Of a stretch of 64,000 nt of DNA, positions 1 to 13,364 are shown in pieces (positions within the stretch are counted from its first letter, which is position 1; every line of letters begins with the position of its first letter). Origin of the DNA: Octopus vulgaris (Eukaryota); the NCBI GenBank assembly GCA_951406725.2, contig OX597829.1, positions 52,266,001-52,330,000 on the forward strand, written 5' to 3'. Made by a program: the position numbers and the translations under genes. The notes beneath the pieces were generated by a model, which saw only the letters and a program-made list of their open reading frames with translations, did not search any database and was not told where the DNA came from.

Positions 1-113
1 AATTTGAATCAGACATGTTCAGCAGCTTTTATCTTGGACAGCTGATTCAAATCTTCAAAAAATATTCATTTTAAATAAACAAGGCATGTTATACTATGTA
101 CATTCTTTTACAG

Positions 114-258
114 ATATGGATTTGGATTGCCCTGCTCAAAAGCTTACTCAGAATATCTTGGTGGACAACTGACCCTGGAAACATTACAAGGAATTGGCAC
201 TGATGTTTATCTTCGATTGAGGCATGTAGATGGAAAACGGGAAAGTTTCCGGATCTAG
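114..258 (+). CDS. BCKDK: Last coding exon of branched-chain alpha-ketoacid dehydrogenase kinase (C-terminus)
   Basis: Acceptor cattcttttacag|A at 113/114. Frame from 115 reads [47 protein letters not shown] (TAG 256-258), matching the recalled vertebrate BCKDK end [48 protein letters not shown] with its GHKL G2 box. Absent from the ORF track because it has no start codon. Confidence 0.95.
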
Positions 259-625
259 ATGATTTTTTTTTTCGTCTCATTTCCTTTTTTGAATTTCTGG
301 CTGACCTTTTTCTTTTTTTTTCTTTTCTTTTTTTTTTTTTTTTTTCCCCATTCGTTAGATAGTCAGTCAACTATAATTAAAAATATATATGTGTGATGGG
401 CCAGTTTTATGGTATTGATCAGTGGATTATAGCAGAAAAAGATATTGTGTGATACACTATGAATAAAATGCAAAATAATGCTTTTAAATCGAAGAGAAAA
501 CAATTTTGCAAAATAGAGTGTAAAGTTGATTGTGTCTCTTAAAATTTAAAATAAAATAAAAAAGAATTTGAAAAACAATAAACAAAGCTGGCAAACTATT
601 TTTTGCCAATTAAATTGAATAAAAA
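259..625 (+). other. Proximal 3' UTR of BCKDK with candidate polyadenylation signals
   Basis: AT-rich sequence after the stop codon with AATAAA at 462, 550/555 and 618. The true 3' end is unknown and could lie further downstream. Confidence 0.55.
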
Positions 626-687
626 AATACTCATTTTATTATCCTGAATTGTATTATTTTTTTTATGCATTGTAATGCATAATTGAT

Positions 688-721
<34 letters not shown>

Positions 722-1611
722 TACAACTTTTCTTTTTAGCAAAAATAATTGTAAGGATTTCTTGTAAAAAAAAAAATACAGATAACTTCTCGAAAAGAAA
801 AAAAAAATTGCTACACAGGGAAGTTTGTGACAAAACAGAAAAAGTATTAAAATCTTACGAAAAACTTAGTAAAAAAGATTGGTTCAACTTGAGTAAGTAA
901 AAAAAACCTTTTGAAACATAAACACTTCAAAATTTAAAGGACTCATAGGGAGTCAGAAACAGGAAGAAATTAGTTTTGGTTCTTATGAATCAAGTATAAT
1001 GAAATGTGTAGAATTTAAAAGAAAGAAGTCAGTATTTGTGTTGTTGCAAGTAAGTGTATGAATTTAGTAATAGAAAATCTTGTAAAGATTTTAGTGTGTA
1101 CATGTGAAGTACACTAAGAACTATAATTTTCAAAAAAATGTGTTATGATTTTAAAATCTATTTAACTTTCAAAGTAGTAATTGCTAAGGAAATATATTTG
1201 TTTTTATTAGGTAGGTGTGTGTCAAGGGCATTTAAAATTAATTTTAAAAAAAAACAACAAAAAACACCACAGTTGTACAATTTTGATAAAGCTCTTTTGG
1301 TTTGCATGCAAACTATTATTAGCATCACTTCTTTGTTCCTTTATGTTATTACTTACTTTCTGCATTGGAGAGTCGTTTTAGTCAGATGTGAAGTTTAGAA
1401 ACATTCACCTTTTATTTTAACCGTTTCACTTCTTATAATTGGTTGAGCACAGCTGAGAAATGCACCTGCCCTTGTCTGAGCTGCTGAAATTGGTAGGAGA
1501 AAGCAAGTTATCTTAAAGCTGGAGTCTTTACCAAAAATGCTTGCAATAGTAAACTTTCTCCTCTAGGTACTCTAAGATCAAGTGATAGCATTAAAACAGG
1601 TGATGGTCTAA

Positions 1612-1828
1612 CTCTTTAGCATTCAGATTGCTCTATCAAATGTAATGCTTATTTATTCACATTGTTTTGGAATTAATCCTGCATTATCTCATAGCTTTGA
1701 GATTGCAATGATTTGTTTATTTTCAAAATGACATTGTAGGGTAGGTGTGAGAGGCTGGATCTGGCTGGTTTGAACATAAAACTGGTAGAATATTTGGACT
1801 AGATATGGCAAGTTTAAATGCTAAACAG
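1612..1828. mobile_element. TTAA-type (piggyBac-like) MITE family 1, degenerate copy
   Basis: Ends ctttagcatt ... aatgctaaacagTTAA; same internal sequence recurs at 9695-9914 and ~60915-61107. Confidence 0.7.
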
Positions 1829-4800
1829 TTAAGTCTACTACAGAAAAAGAATGTAAAGAGTATTTCTTGTGAATTTATAGCATATTTAAGAATATATGGC
1901 CTGTAACTTCACTATTTAATCAACTTAACTCACTGGTCCTTCAAGTATCACTAATAATAGTGTGTGATATTGTATGTTATCTTTTTCAACATTGTTACAA
2001 TGTAAAGTATAAAATGTGGAAACTGATTAGTTCCACTGATGTTTAAAAAAAAAAAAATTGAAGTATTTTTTCAAAATTTTATTCAAAATATTTAAAGTTT
2101 GAAAACTGTACTAGTATAGACCATTATATTGGAATTCATCTTGTTCATGTAAGAGTCTAGACACGTTGGTGAATTGTGACAGTGTTAGATATGTGTTTTG
2201 AAGTACAACTGTTTAAAAAGTTAGCAAATATCAATAATTTTAGTGCTTCACTAATTCTAATTCAGTGACATCTTCATATACAATTCATTTGCTACCTCTC
2301 TCTTGCTCACAGTCACACATTTTCTCTCTCTTTCTCGCATATATTTTCTTATATATATATTATTCAATAACTGAATTTTGGCAAGACAGATCTAAGTTTC
2401 AGCTCTCTTCTTTCATACTCTTCCCTTCTCATTCTCCTTTTTCTTCTTTCCCTTCAAGCTGCTCAATTCACAAGTTTAGCTTTTCTGTTAGTCTTTTTCT
2501 CTCAAGAAGTTTTTATCCCTTCTCATTGTAAGTAGGACGGCCTGTTGTATGTTTAATATATTCTGAGACGTGTGTATGTGTGTGTGCATGATTTGTTTCA
2601 GCAGGCATTGAGCAAATGTAGACTATTCCATGTTTTCTTGTTCTTAGATCAATTCTTAAATGTGGAATACATTTTTTTTCTTCCATTCCTCCCAAATCAT
2701 TGAAATAGACACCAGTAACAGATTTAAAGATCAATTTTCCGTTACTCTTTCCCTCTTACAAAAATTGGCATTGTGCCTTGTTAGAAAAAATAATCAGTTA
2801 AGTGAAATACTGTGCCCCCCCCCCCCCCTCTCTCTCTCTCTCTCTCTGCTCTATAATAAACAAAAAGTGGTCATATGTTATTGGAATAACATTAATGTCC
2901 CTTGCATTAAACTTTTCTCAAAACAGACATGATTTTAAGATGGGGAATCTTATATTAACTTTCAATATTAATATTTTTATTTATATTAATATCTTAACAT
3001 TTTATACTGGTATAACAGTATATTATTCACTCCAAAATAATCATATTTCTTTAACATCATTATCAGAAATGGCATAACATTTCTTCAGCTTTCTTTTTTA
3101 AAAAATGAAACCCTTTTTTTTTTTTTTATTAATTGAAAGCATACTTTTGATGCTTTCCATTTATATACACATATGATATATAGTGGATTCCATTAAATTG
3201 GTACACATTGGAGACAAGAATATTTTAACTCACCTAAATGACTATGCCAATTATACTTTCACATAAGTGTAAAAGGCAAACAGCAGTTTATTGATCAACG
3301 AAAATATTTCATTGAATATTATGTGTGCATGTTGAGGAATCAAATATATGTAGTCTAGAATCAATTGTTTTTTTGGGTTTTTTTTTTCAATAACTATTTT
3401 TAGGATTTCATTTATTAATGTATATGTGAGTATGTATGTATATATATATGGCGGTGCATCAGCATGGCCGCAGCTCTGAGCTGAAACTAGGGGGGAAAAT
3501 ATATATATATATATATATAAAGATTAAATATAAGAGTTTTGATGCTATGTCAGCAATTTAAGAAAAAAAGGCAGCATTTAAACAGTTGTAAATCACTGAC
3601 GGCCCCAAGCAGTCTTTCATTCCTCCTAAATGGGTGAAAGGCTCTTTACAGTTGTTAGTATTTTTTAATCATTTGACTAGTTTCGTACATGGCCATGCTT
3701 GGGCGCTGCCATAGAAAAGATACTCAACATTAAAATCATAATATTCTCCTGTATTGCCAGTCAGTTTATTTGGTGTGCCATAAAGCACAAAAGTGTGTTG
3801 ATTAGATATGGTTTCCTAAATAAGTGGTAGATTGTGGCAAACCTTTCGATCAGATTTAATCTTTCTGAAATATCTGTTAAATAATTGGCTGCTTCAAATA
3901 ATGACCAAATACTTGGAATCTGCCATATAAAGTTAATAATTATATACGATTAAAACATATTTTATTCTTTGCAGATGCTAGTAAACAAATCAAATTATTT
4001 ACTTCAAATATAAATATTTTTTTAATGAAAACTTGAAAAAAAAAACATTCACAGCAATTATAAATCATACACATTTGCATATGTATAGATTTCTGTGATA
4101 CTGGCATATATAAAATAATTGTGTAGTATATTTGAAAATAAAAGTTCAATTTATGGACATACAAAAAAAATACTAAAAAACTAGTTAAACTAATGTTTGT
4201 TTCCTAGGTTTGTTACTCTATTTTGTTTTTTTTTAAATGAATTATTGTTTAAAAGTGTTGTGAGAAAATGAAGAAAAAATTGAACATATAATTTTTTAGT
4301 TTTTAACATTAGATTTTCTCTGATTGCTAAATTTTAAGAAATTTTTAAAAAATAAACAACATATATCTGAAATTCTGCTAAACCTGTTTAGTCATATAAA
4401 ATCTGATTGGATAAATTAAAATGATCTCTTTATATCTTTGTACAGTTAAATATGTTTGTCTTACTTTTGATAATTGTATTGTACCAGTCAGTTAAGTCCC
4501 ATTTCCTCTCTTTCTCCTCTCTCTCTCTCTCTCTCTAAGTTTGACTTTATTAAACTTACTGAAGCCTTAATATATGTGACATATTTGTATTGATGAATAA
4601 AAACAATTAACACTGTTTGCTGTTTAGTTTGAATATATAGTGATTTTAAAACTAATTCTTTTTTTCCATGGTTGTTTATCATCATCATCATGCTGGCATG
4701 GGTTGGATGGCTTCATAGGAACTGGCAGGGTCAGGGACCACACCATTTGGTGTATTTACATACATGCATCCATCTAGTTTTACACATACACTATGTATAT

Positions 4801-4959
4801 GTGTGTATTTATATACACGTGCGCACGCACTTGTGTGCATCAGACACATCTATCTAGTTATACATATATACTATGTACTTACGCTGAATGGCACAAGTGC
4901 GTATATGAGTGGGTACTTCTGTGTCTATATTGGCGTAAGTATGAATTGGTGTATGTTCC

Positions 4960-5405
4960 AATAAGTGAGACCATAACCCATAACCTCAGTCCACTTATGC
5001 ATACCTTTCCTTCTTGGGACACAAAACTCTGCTTGTGAAGACCTGTTGAGGCAAGTGAAAATCAAAATCGATCAACATCAATGGAAATTGTAGCTGTGAT
5101 ACCAGTGCCGGTGGCACATAAAAGAATCATCCGAATGTGGTCATTGCCAGCGCCGCCCCCACTGGCTTCTGTGCCGGTGGCACATAAAAAGCACCATCCG
5201 TTCGTGGTCGTTGCCAGCCTCGCCTGGCATGTAAAAAGCACCCACTACACTCTCGGAGTGGTTGGCGTTAGGAAGGGCATCCAGCCGTAGAAACATTGCC
5301 AGATCAGACTGGGCCTGGTGCAGCCTTCTGGCTTCCCAGACCCCAGTTGCACCATCCAACCCATGCCAGCATGGAAAGCGGACGCTAAACGATGATGATG
5401 ATGAT
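4960..5405 (+). mobile_element. RTE-LINE 3' end or RTE-tailed SINE with (GAT)n tail
   Basis: Core gtggttggcgttaggaagggcatccagc...ccaacccatgccagcatggaaagcggacg followed by (GAT)n. Other copies near 6640-6920, 8170-8410, 9330-9555, 11863-12012, 14625-14868, 15278-15528, 15661-16085, 20170-20360, 29410-29838, 33203-33420, 34072-34422 and 61260-61480. At 60100-60330 the same core follows an RTE ORF end. Confidence 0.75.
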
Positions 5406-5406
5406 A

Positions 5407-5830
5407 GGGCAATTAAGCAGTTATCTAAAGACGAGAACACACCCCCACCAAATTCTTGACTACTGTAACCAACCACTATATGTCTCCGCACACTTTCGAG
5501 ACTTTTTTACATTATTTGTTTGTATTTTTTTATCAATTGTTTCCTGTATACAGACCACAAGTATCCTTACTTCACCAATGTGTGTGAACTACTAGCAACA
5601 CACCATAATATCACCACAATCTAGCTTGGAACGGAATGTAAATCTTATAACTTTTGAAGACTGCTGTGTTATCTGATGAAGTTCCTTTGCACTTTGCAAT
5701 GAATCTGATGTCATTACATCATTCCCCATCCACTAAGAAGCAGTGCAGAAGGCAACCGAAACGATTGTTGTGCTAAATAAAGCATCTAGTTACTCTCTGT
5801 CTTCCGTATCAATCATTTAGAATACACCCA
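5407..5830 (+). mobile_element. Penelope-like element 3' fragment with hammerhead-like motif
   Basis: CTGATGA (5673), long stem, GAAAC (5758), then AATAAA (5776): the layout known from PLE pseudo-LTRs. Confidence 0.45.
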
Positions 5831-7063
5831 ATGTACACCTCAAAATTCCTTACATAGATCCAGCACTGAAAACGCAGTACTTGTAACCATAAGTGGAGAC
5901 ACCCTACCTGGGACTTATCCAAAACAAGGTTTGGATACTGCATTTTAATATCTATCTAAATCTTAATTTTTAAATTTAACTTTCACACACATACGTATGT
6001 GTGTGTGTGTTGTCTCCTAGATTTCTCATGGTGATCGTAAACAAGTGACACCATCATGCTAATAGGGTCCTTTGTTTCCAGTCCTTCAAGAAAGTTATGT
6101 TGGACTTTTGGGGAAATATTAATTTGCTTGGAAACTGGTGAGGTTTTGTGACATGACGGGTTTCCACTCGCTGAAAATCTGCCTAACAAACTCCATCTGT
6201 GCTATGCGAGCATGAAAATGTGGACATTAAAAAGATAATGATCAGTTTTTCGTACATTATTAGAGTGAAGAAGGTTCTCATTTGTCTACTGATATGATTA
6301 TATATTACTCCCTCAGTTCAAGATTACTTCACAGATGTATTGTACATAATTCATTTTTAAGTTCTTATCTTGGAATCGTGACCATTGTTTTTAATGCATA
6401 GTTTTGTGGTTAAGAAGTTTGCTTTAGAACCATGTAGTTAGGGCAGTGTTTTTCAACCGTTTTACTCTGCATAAACCTTGAAATATATTACTTGTCTCAA
6501 GGAACCCCTGCAGAAAAAAAAAATATACACCATATCTTTCTCATTATTTTTTTCATCATAGTTTAGTTCACTTGGTATGTGTATATATATATATGATATG
6601 GTTGTTATAGTTTTTGATAACATGAATATTCTAGACAGACTTTCTATAGCTGTGGACTGATTGATACCTTGTGAGTGACATTGATAGACAGAAACTGAAA
6701 CCTGTTGCATGCAAGTACTTGGTGACCTCACTAGTGCTGGTGCCATGGGAAAAGCAACCACTACACTCTGTAAAGTGATTGGTGTTAGGAAAGGTTATCA
6801 AGCCGAAGAAACCATGCCAAGGCTGACATTGAAGCTCTGACACTTGCGTCTGGCATGTCCTGTCAAACTGTTCGATTCATGCCAGCACAGAAGATGGATG
6901 TTAAACAATGATGATGATAACATATATATGCATATTATACATATTTTTTTAAAAACTGCATTACAAAGATTTTGTAACATGTCAAGCAAGACAAGGAGAA
7001 ATATGAGTGAATTCGTACACACATACACACATGTACATATATGCTGTATGTAATATATACATA

Positions 7064-7548
7064 CCGTAAATCCTCGAGTATAATCCGTATTTTTTTTCCC
7101 AAAATTTAAAGGTCAAAATCCCTAGTGCATACTATATATGAGGTTAAAAATTTAAAATATTTTCTAAGCAATGTCCGAGTCTATTTGCTGTCCAGCAATG
7201 TTTATTCAGGCGTGAAGATCCCTCAAGCTGAGCCTGAAAGCAATGAAGTCATAAAAGAATCACCCATAACTTGCAGTAAGCAACATTTATTAAAATAAAA
7301 GTATTCAGAACACAGAATAACATGTAACAAAAACAATTTGCAACCATATTTACATTCCCATATAACAGTTAAGAACATCACCATTATTGTATTACGCATG
7401 CACGGAAGTGTTTGTTCAACTTGGTGCTGCTGGTTTAATTACGCATGACTCAAGTTAGGGAAGGGGTGCGTACGATACACAAGGTTTCGGTTTTTCAGAA
7501 GTACAGCCCTCTAAAAATTCCCTGCATATTATACTCGAGGATTTACAG
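7064..7548. mobile_element. Tc1/mariner-pogo-like MITE with TA target duplication
   Basis: TA|CCGTAAATCCTCGAGTATAA ... TTATACTCGAGGATTTACAG|TA (20-bp TIR, one mismatch). Confidence 0.85.
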
Positions 7549-7595
7549 TATATGTATATGTTATATATATGTATTATACATATGTATATATAATA

Positions 7596-7977
7596 CTAGT
7601 AGTATAGCCCGGCATTGCTTGGGTTTGTTTAGAATTGGAATTTTTGAAAAGTAAAAATTTTGCATTATGTAGCTTGTTATACTCTTTAAGTGAACATTTT
7701 TCTGGTTGAAATATACTGAAAAATGGCGACACAGCAGTAAAAAAATCATAAAAAATAGGGAGTTTCATAGAAAAAAATGCACCTTTTTGATGTAAATAAT
7801 TTTTGGTGTTAACATGGTCCGATTTGAATTTTTTCTTCTATGGAATGAAGAGCAAGCCTTCTTCCATCATACTCTCAATTTTGGTCAACTTGCGCCACAG
7901 GGTCTCGGAGGAGATAGTGTTAGTTGAAGGCTACCAAACCTGCCACACACAGACAACTTCAGCTTTATATATAAAGA
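7596..7977 (-). mobile_element. Non-autonomous Helitron
   Basis: On the - strand it starts A|TC, ends CTAG|T, and has a subterminal hairpin (cccggcattgcttggg at 7608-7623); AT target, no TSD. Confidence 0.8.
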
Positions 7978-8470
7978 TTTATGTAGTACAAGCACACATA
8001 CACACACACATATATATATATTAAATTGCATACAGACTAGGGCACCTGTGTAAATATGTGCAAATTGTGGAGGGAGCCTGTGGAAGAGGTAGACCCAGAA
8101 ACACCTGAAACCAGATATGGTGAATTATGATCTGCAGTTGTTGAGTCTCTTGGAGGAAGGACAGGTGACTGAGGCTTGTGGCAATTTGCTCTGCTTGAGA
8201 GGACCTGTCAAGCTAATTGAAATCATGGTTATGATCAATGCTGGTGACATGTAAAAGACACCCGTTACACTCTCTATAGTGGTTGGCATTAGGAAGAACA
8301 TCCAGCCATAGAAACCAAGCCACAACAGACTGGACTCTGGTGCAGCACTCTGGTTTACGAACTACAGTCAAACTGTCTAATCCATGCCACATGGAAAGCA
8401 AATGATGATGATACATCATATATACATATATATATATATATATTGTGTTATAGATGATATATATCTATAT

Positions 8471-8830
8471 ATCGTGGCACTCTGTCGGTTATGGCGATGA
8501 GGGTTCCAGTTGATCCAATCAACGGAACAGTCTGCTTGTGAAATTAACGTGCAAGTGGCTGAGCACTCCACAGTCACGTGTCCCTTAACGTAGTTCTCGG
8601 GGAGATTCAGCGTGACACAGAGTATGACAAGGCTGGCCCTTTGAAATACAGGTATGACAGAAACAGGAAGAAAGTTGTGGTGAAAGAGCACAGCAGGGTT
8701 CGCCACCACATCCCTGCCAAAGCCTTGTGGAGCTTTAGGTATTTTCACTCAATAAACACTTGCAACGCCCGGTCTGGGAATTGAAACTGCTATCCTACAA
8801 CTGCAAGTTTGTTAGTCTAACCACTGTGTC
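8471..8830 (-). mobile_element. tRNA-head SINE family C
   Basis: Homologous copy at 14882-15260 and a head fragment at ~11745-11830; A/B-box-like head on the - strand. Confidence 0.7.
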
Positions 8831-8864
8831 TTTGTGTTCATATATATATATATATTGCATGTGT

Positions 8865-8923
8865 ATGTGAATGTTTGTGCAAGTTTATTCATATTTGTTC
8901 TGTGTTGATATGTTGGTAAATCT
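8865..8923 (-). other. Candidate terminal exon of a - strand transcript
   Basis: Strong acceptor cctttcttttcattgtttacag|AGATTT, followed ~35 nt later by AATAAA (8889-8884). Confidence 0.3.
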
Positions 8924-9694
8924 CTGTAAACAATGAAAAGAAAGGAGTCTCGCTCTATGTCTGAGCTGTTTGTTGGTTCATAAATTTAAGCAGGGGTCCC
9001 CAACCAGTCACCAGACCATGGATCATTTGATACCAGGCCACACAGGAAGAATAAATTTTAGAATTTTATTTCTATTTTACTGACTATCACAACATGTAGG
9101 GTATTCATTTTGAAAATTTACCACTTCTGTTTGTGCATAATATACAATATTCTAATAAAATTCTATATTATGCACTTTATAGTGTGTTGTTATCAAGTAA
9201 CTCTGTTGGCATGTTACAAAATATACTTTAAACTTTAGGAGAAATTTGCAACAAAATAATAAAAATAGGAGTTTGGCAAACAAGCCATGCTGATATATGT
9301 TTAAGCATCCTTTTGGTCTTGTTCAGGACATGACAACCTCTCTAGTACTGGTGCCATGATAAAATGCACCCAATCCACTCAGAAGATGACAGGAAAGACA
9401 TCCAGCTGTAGAAACTAAGCTAGAATTGAGACATGGTTTTGCAAACCTATATAGAAGGATATAACTTCATTATAAGAACTGAACTCAAACCAAGATGACT
9501 CATCCAGTCCATGTTAGCATGGAAAGCAGGTGTAAAAATGGTGATGATGATGAAGGTGTAAAGGAAATTATGTTTCAAAAAACAAAAATCACGGGTTTTG
9601 TTCGGATCCCATAAATTAATTGTGACTTTTTTTACCTAACCAAAATTGTGACTTTATTATCAGTCACCAAAATATTTAGATCAAGCCAATTTAA

Positions 9695-9914
9695 CCTTTT
9701 AGCATTCAGATTTTTAGGTTAAAGGTAATGCTTATTTATCCACTTTGATTTGAATTAATCATCCATTATCTTGAGGCTTTGAGATTTCAATGGTGTAATC
9801 GTTTATTTTTAGAATAAAATTGTAGGCTAAGTGTGAAAGGCCAGATCTAGTCGGTTTGGAGATAAAACAGGTAAATTATCTTGTCTGGATATGGCTGGTT
9901 TTAATGCTAAAGGA
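9695..9914. mobile_element. TTAA-type MITE family 1
   Basis: TTAA|ccttttagcatt ... aatgctaaagga|TTAA. Confidence 0.75.
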
Positions 9915-10177
9915 TTAAAACAATGATATGCTAAGAAGGTAAATAAATACTTGAAATGTAATTAATTATCACAGTGATGGTGATCAAGGCCATCTAAAAA
10001 CACAAGAATAGTTAAATAGTAAAAATAAAACTGTTCATACTTTATAACTTTAGTAAATCTTTACAGCTTGAAGTTTCAGAATTCCATCAAGATGTCCACA
10101 TGTGTTGTTGTTGTTTTCAAAAAGAAAGTCTGTTGGTTGTTTTGAAATATAGAAAACGGGTTTTTGCTGTAAAGCCT

Positions 10178-10578
10178 TACTCTTTACTCTTTTACTCTTT
10201 TACTTGTTTCAGTCATTTGACTGCGGCCATGCTGGAGCACCGCCTTTAGTCGAGCAAATCGACCCCGGGACTTATTCTTTGTAAGCCCAGTACTTATTCT
10301 ATCGGTCTCTTTTTGCCAAACTGCTAAGTGACGGGGACGTAAACACACCAGCATCGGTTGTCAAGCGATGCTGGGGTGACAAACATATACACACACATAC
10401 ATATATATATATACATATATACGATGGGCTTCTTTCAGTTTCCGTCTACCAAATCCACTCACAAGGCATTGGTCGGCCCGGGGCTATAGCAGAAGACACT
10501 TGCCCAAGATGCCACGCAGTGGGACTGAACCCGGAACCATGTGGTTGGTTAGCAAGCTACTTACCACACAGCCACTCC
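10178..10578 (-). mobile_element. tRNA-head SINE family A (most abundant; internal CA/TA microsatellite, AAAAGAGT tail)
   Basis: Head GGAGTGGCTGTGTGGTAAG (A box) ... GGTTCAGTCCC (B box) ... CTTGGGCAAGTGTCTT. Resembles described octopus SINEs, but the exact family name was not verified. Confidence 0.9.
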
Positions 10579-10861
10579 TTGTTTACACTTTAAAGAAAAG
10601 TGGCTGTTTCTTTAAATTAACTCTATAAATTTAAGTTTTTTTTGTTTTTTTTTTTTGGTTTGTTGCTTTAAATACACATTATGCAATGAAGGGTTAATAT
10701 CATAAATAGTATATGAAACAATTCCATAGATATCACGCAGCTTATGTACCAAAACACCATGGTCCTTTTTCTTTTTAACAGTTCTACTTTATCTTGAATA
10801 GATTAGCATTGATGTGTATGTTTGCCTTTGACACTATCACTGATACTTGAATTTTTCTTAC

Positions 10862-10893
10862 CAGTAGTTGCCATAGCCTTGGGTAACTTGAAG
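10862..10893 (-). other. Candidate 32-nt internal exon
   Basis: tcttttatttag|CTTCAAGTTACCCAAGGCTATGGCAACTACTG|gtaaga; open in all three frames. Confidence 0.4.
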
Positions 10894-11142
10894 CTAAATA
10901 AAAAGATCTCTCAGAATTTTGCTATCACAACTAACAAGTGCAGTAGATATATTGCTTGTAAACACATGGTATGTACAACGCCACCAGTGGTCATGCAGTG
11001 AACTAGATTGGCAACCACAGGAATTTAAAGTTCTCCATTTTCCAAGTTCATCCTTTCTACAATAGGCACAAGGCCTGAAATTTGGAGTGGGGGGGGCTAA
11101 TCAATTTCACTGACTTCAGCATTCAGCTGATGCTTATTTTAT

Positions 11143-11532
11143 GCGTAGGAGTGGCTGTGTGGTAAGTAGCTTGCTTACCAACCACATGGTTCCGGGTTCA
11201 GTCCCACTGCATGGCACCTTGGGCAAGTGTCTTCTACTATAGCCTTGGGCTGACCAAAGCCTTGTGAGTGGATTTGGTAGACGGAAACTGAAAGAAGCCC
11301 ATCATATATATGTATATATATATGTGTGTGTGTATATATGTTTGTGTTCCCAACATCACTTGACAACCGATGCTAGTGTGTTTACGTCCCCGTTACTTAG
11401 CGGTTCGGCAAAAGTGACCAACAGAATAAAGTACTAGGCTTACAAAGAATAAGTCCTGGGGTCAATTTGCCCGACTAAAGGCGGTGCTCCAGCATGGCCA
11501 CAGTCAAATGACTGAAACAAGTAAAAGAGTAA
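11143..11532 (+). mobile_element. SINE family A
   Basis: Full-length copy, opposite orientation to 10178-10578 and 12301-12668. Confidence 0.9.
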
Positions 11533-12060
11533 CCCTGAAAGGACAAAAGACAAATTTGACCGTAGTGGAATTTGAACTTAGAAAGTGAAGACAACCAAAA
11601 TACAGCTAAGCGTTTTGTCCAGCATGCTAACAGTTCTGCTAACTCACCTCCTAATTGATTCAAATTAAAGATGTCAGAAAAATGGTGGTGTATTTGTATA
11701 TATTGTCAAATATTCAAAAGGAAAAATTAATAAGATCTTTTCTTTCTGCTCAATAAACACTCACGTCTGGTCTGGGAATCGAAACCACAATCCTATGACT
11801 GCGAGTCTGCTGCCCTAACCATTGCGCCTATACATATATGCATATATATATATATATATATATCATCACCATCATCATCATTTAACTTCCGTTCTCCATG
11901 CTGGCATGGGTTGGACGGTTTGACTGAGGTCTGGAGAGCCAGTGGCTGCACCAGGCTCTAATCTGATCTGCCAGAGTTTCTGCAGCTGGATGCCCTTCCT
12001 AACGCCAACCACTATGGCAAAATGACATAGAGATATAATATGTCCATAGTTATCACTTAC

Positions 12061-12179
12061 CTACACAGAAAAATCAGGTTCTTTCATTAGACAAACTTTG
12101 AGAAATCCCGAATTTCTTTGAAATTATCTCCCTTTTCCTTTGAAAGTTTCTAACAATTGCCACTAGGATTTTTTCCTTT
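12061..12179 (-). other. Candidate 119-nt exon (stop codons in all frames)
   Basis: tttaagtttcttttag|AAAGG ... TGTGTAG|gtaagtg, near-consensus at both ends. Longest frame KEKILVAIVRNFQRKREIISKKFGISQSLSNERT*. Confidence 0.45.
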
Positions 12180-12300
12180 CTAAAAGAAACTTAAATAATT
12201 AAGCATTTTGCATATGGCATTCAGTAGCCCAGCCTTTAACTTCATCATCCACATTTTATGGCTTTAGTTCTTTTGGGTTATTTCGCATTCTTTTATGCTT

Positions 12301-12668
12301 TTATTCTTTTACTTGTTTCAGTCATTTGACTGTGGCCACACTGGAGCACCGCCTTTAGTCGAGCAAATTGACCCCAGGACTTATTCTTTGTAAGCCTAGT
12401 ACTTATTCTATCAGACTCTTTTGCCAAACCGCTAAGTTATGGGGACGTAAACACACCAGCATTGGTTGTCAAGCGATGTTGAGGGGACAAACATATACAC
12501 ATACATATATATGACAGGCTTCTTTCAGTTTCTGTCTACCAAATGCACTCACAAGGCTTTGGTCGGCCCGAGGCTATAGTAGAAGACACTTGTCCAAGGT
12601 GTCACGTAGTAGGACTGAACCCAGAACCATGTGGTTGGTAAGCAAGCTACTTACCACACAGCCACTCC
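12301..12668 (-). mobile_element. SINE family A
   Basis: Same consensus as 10178-10578. Confidence 0.9.
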
Positions 12669-12699
12669 TTAGCCTATGCATTGGTCATTGCATTTTAAT

Positions 12700-13290
12700 A
12701 CACAACCCTCACAGTCACTCCAAGTGATGAGCATCACTATTACCTTGAGTTTCTCCTGATGAAAGCACATCCTTAACACAGCTATGATCACATTCCAAAG
12801 GCTGGCCCTTATTTTCAGGATCATCAAGTTTTCCAGCTCACAGAAGTTACTTGCACTTTACAAAGCTCAATCAAGACCCATAACAGAGTACTACTCCTAT
12901 ATTTTGAACAGTGCTGTTACTATACAACAAATATTGTAGATCCTGTCTGGAGAAGTGTTATTGACTAATTGATAGTCACTTACAAACACATTCCAGCCTC
13001 TGGCCCCATACACATACACACAGTCTTCTCTCTTCTACCCCCATATTTTTTGCCACTACTATTATAGCTTCAGTTCCTTGGAGCTAGCTGGTCTTTCAAC
13101 CCTCTACTACTTGGATATCTCTGACACTCTCATCTTTCCACCCCTTTCTACTCTGTTCAGACAGACCCTGCACAAATTACTATGTCCAATCCTTCTTCCC
13201 TGCAACGTTTGTCTTAATTCATGCTTTCCTACTAATGCTGACCTGCAACAGTCTTAAACTGACCATCAACAGCATCAAATTTACCATTCT
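12700..13290 (+). mobile_element. Degenerate CR1/Jockey-like LINE 3' relic
   Basis: Broken translation resembling LLALYKAQxRPxxEY of RT C-terminal regions; a related 3' piece lies at ~19580-19870. Confidence 0.45.
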
Positions 13291-13364
13291 CAGAGGGTCA
13301 ACAACAGTCTGAGACTCTGCCAATTCCTCCGACACTCAAATAACTTCAAAAAATAAAATACCTA

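Noticed and set aside
89-370. 93-aa Lys/Arg-rich ORF on the - strand
   Set aside because: It is antisense to the BCKDK exon, and its basic tract comes from a poly-T run in the UTR.
11175-11366. Recurrent ORFs such as YDGLLSVSVYQIHSQG...EPCGW suggesting a small gene family
   Set aside because: They are translations of SINE family A copies.
12215-12250. ATGATGA...CTGA on the - strand upstream of a candidate exon (C/D snoRNA host idea)
   Set aside because: The boxes are only ~17 nt apart and no comparable motif was found in the other candidate introns.
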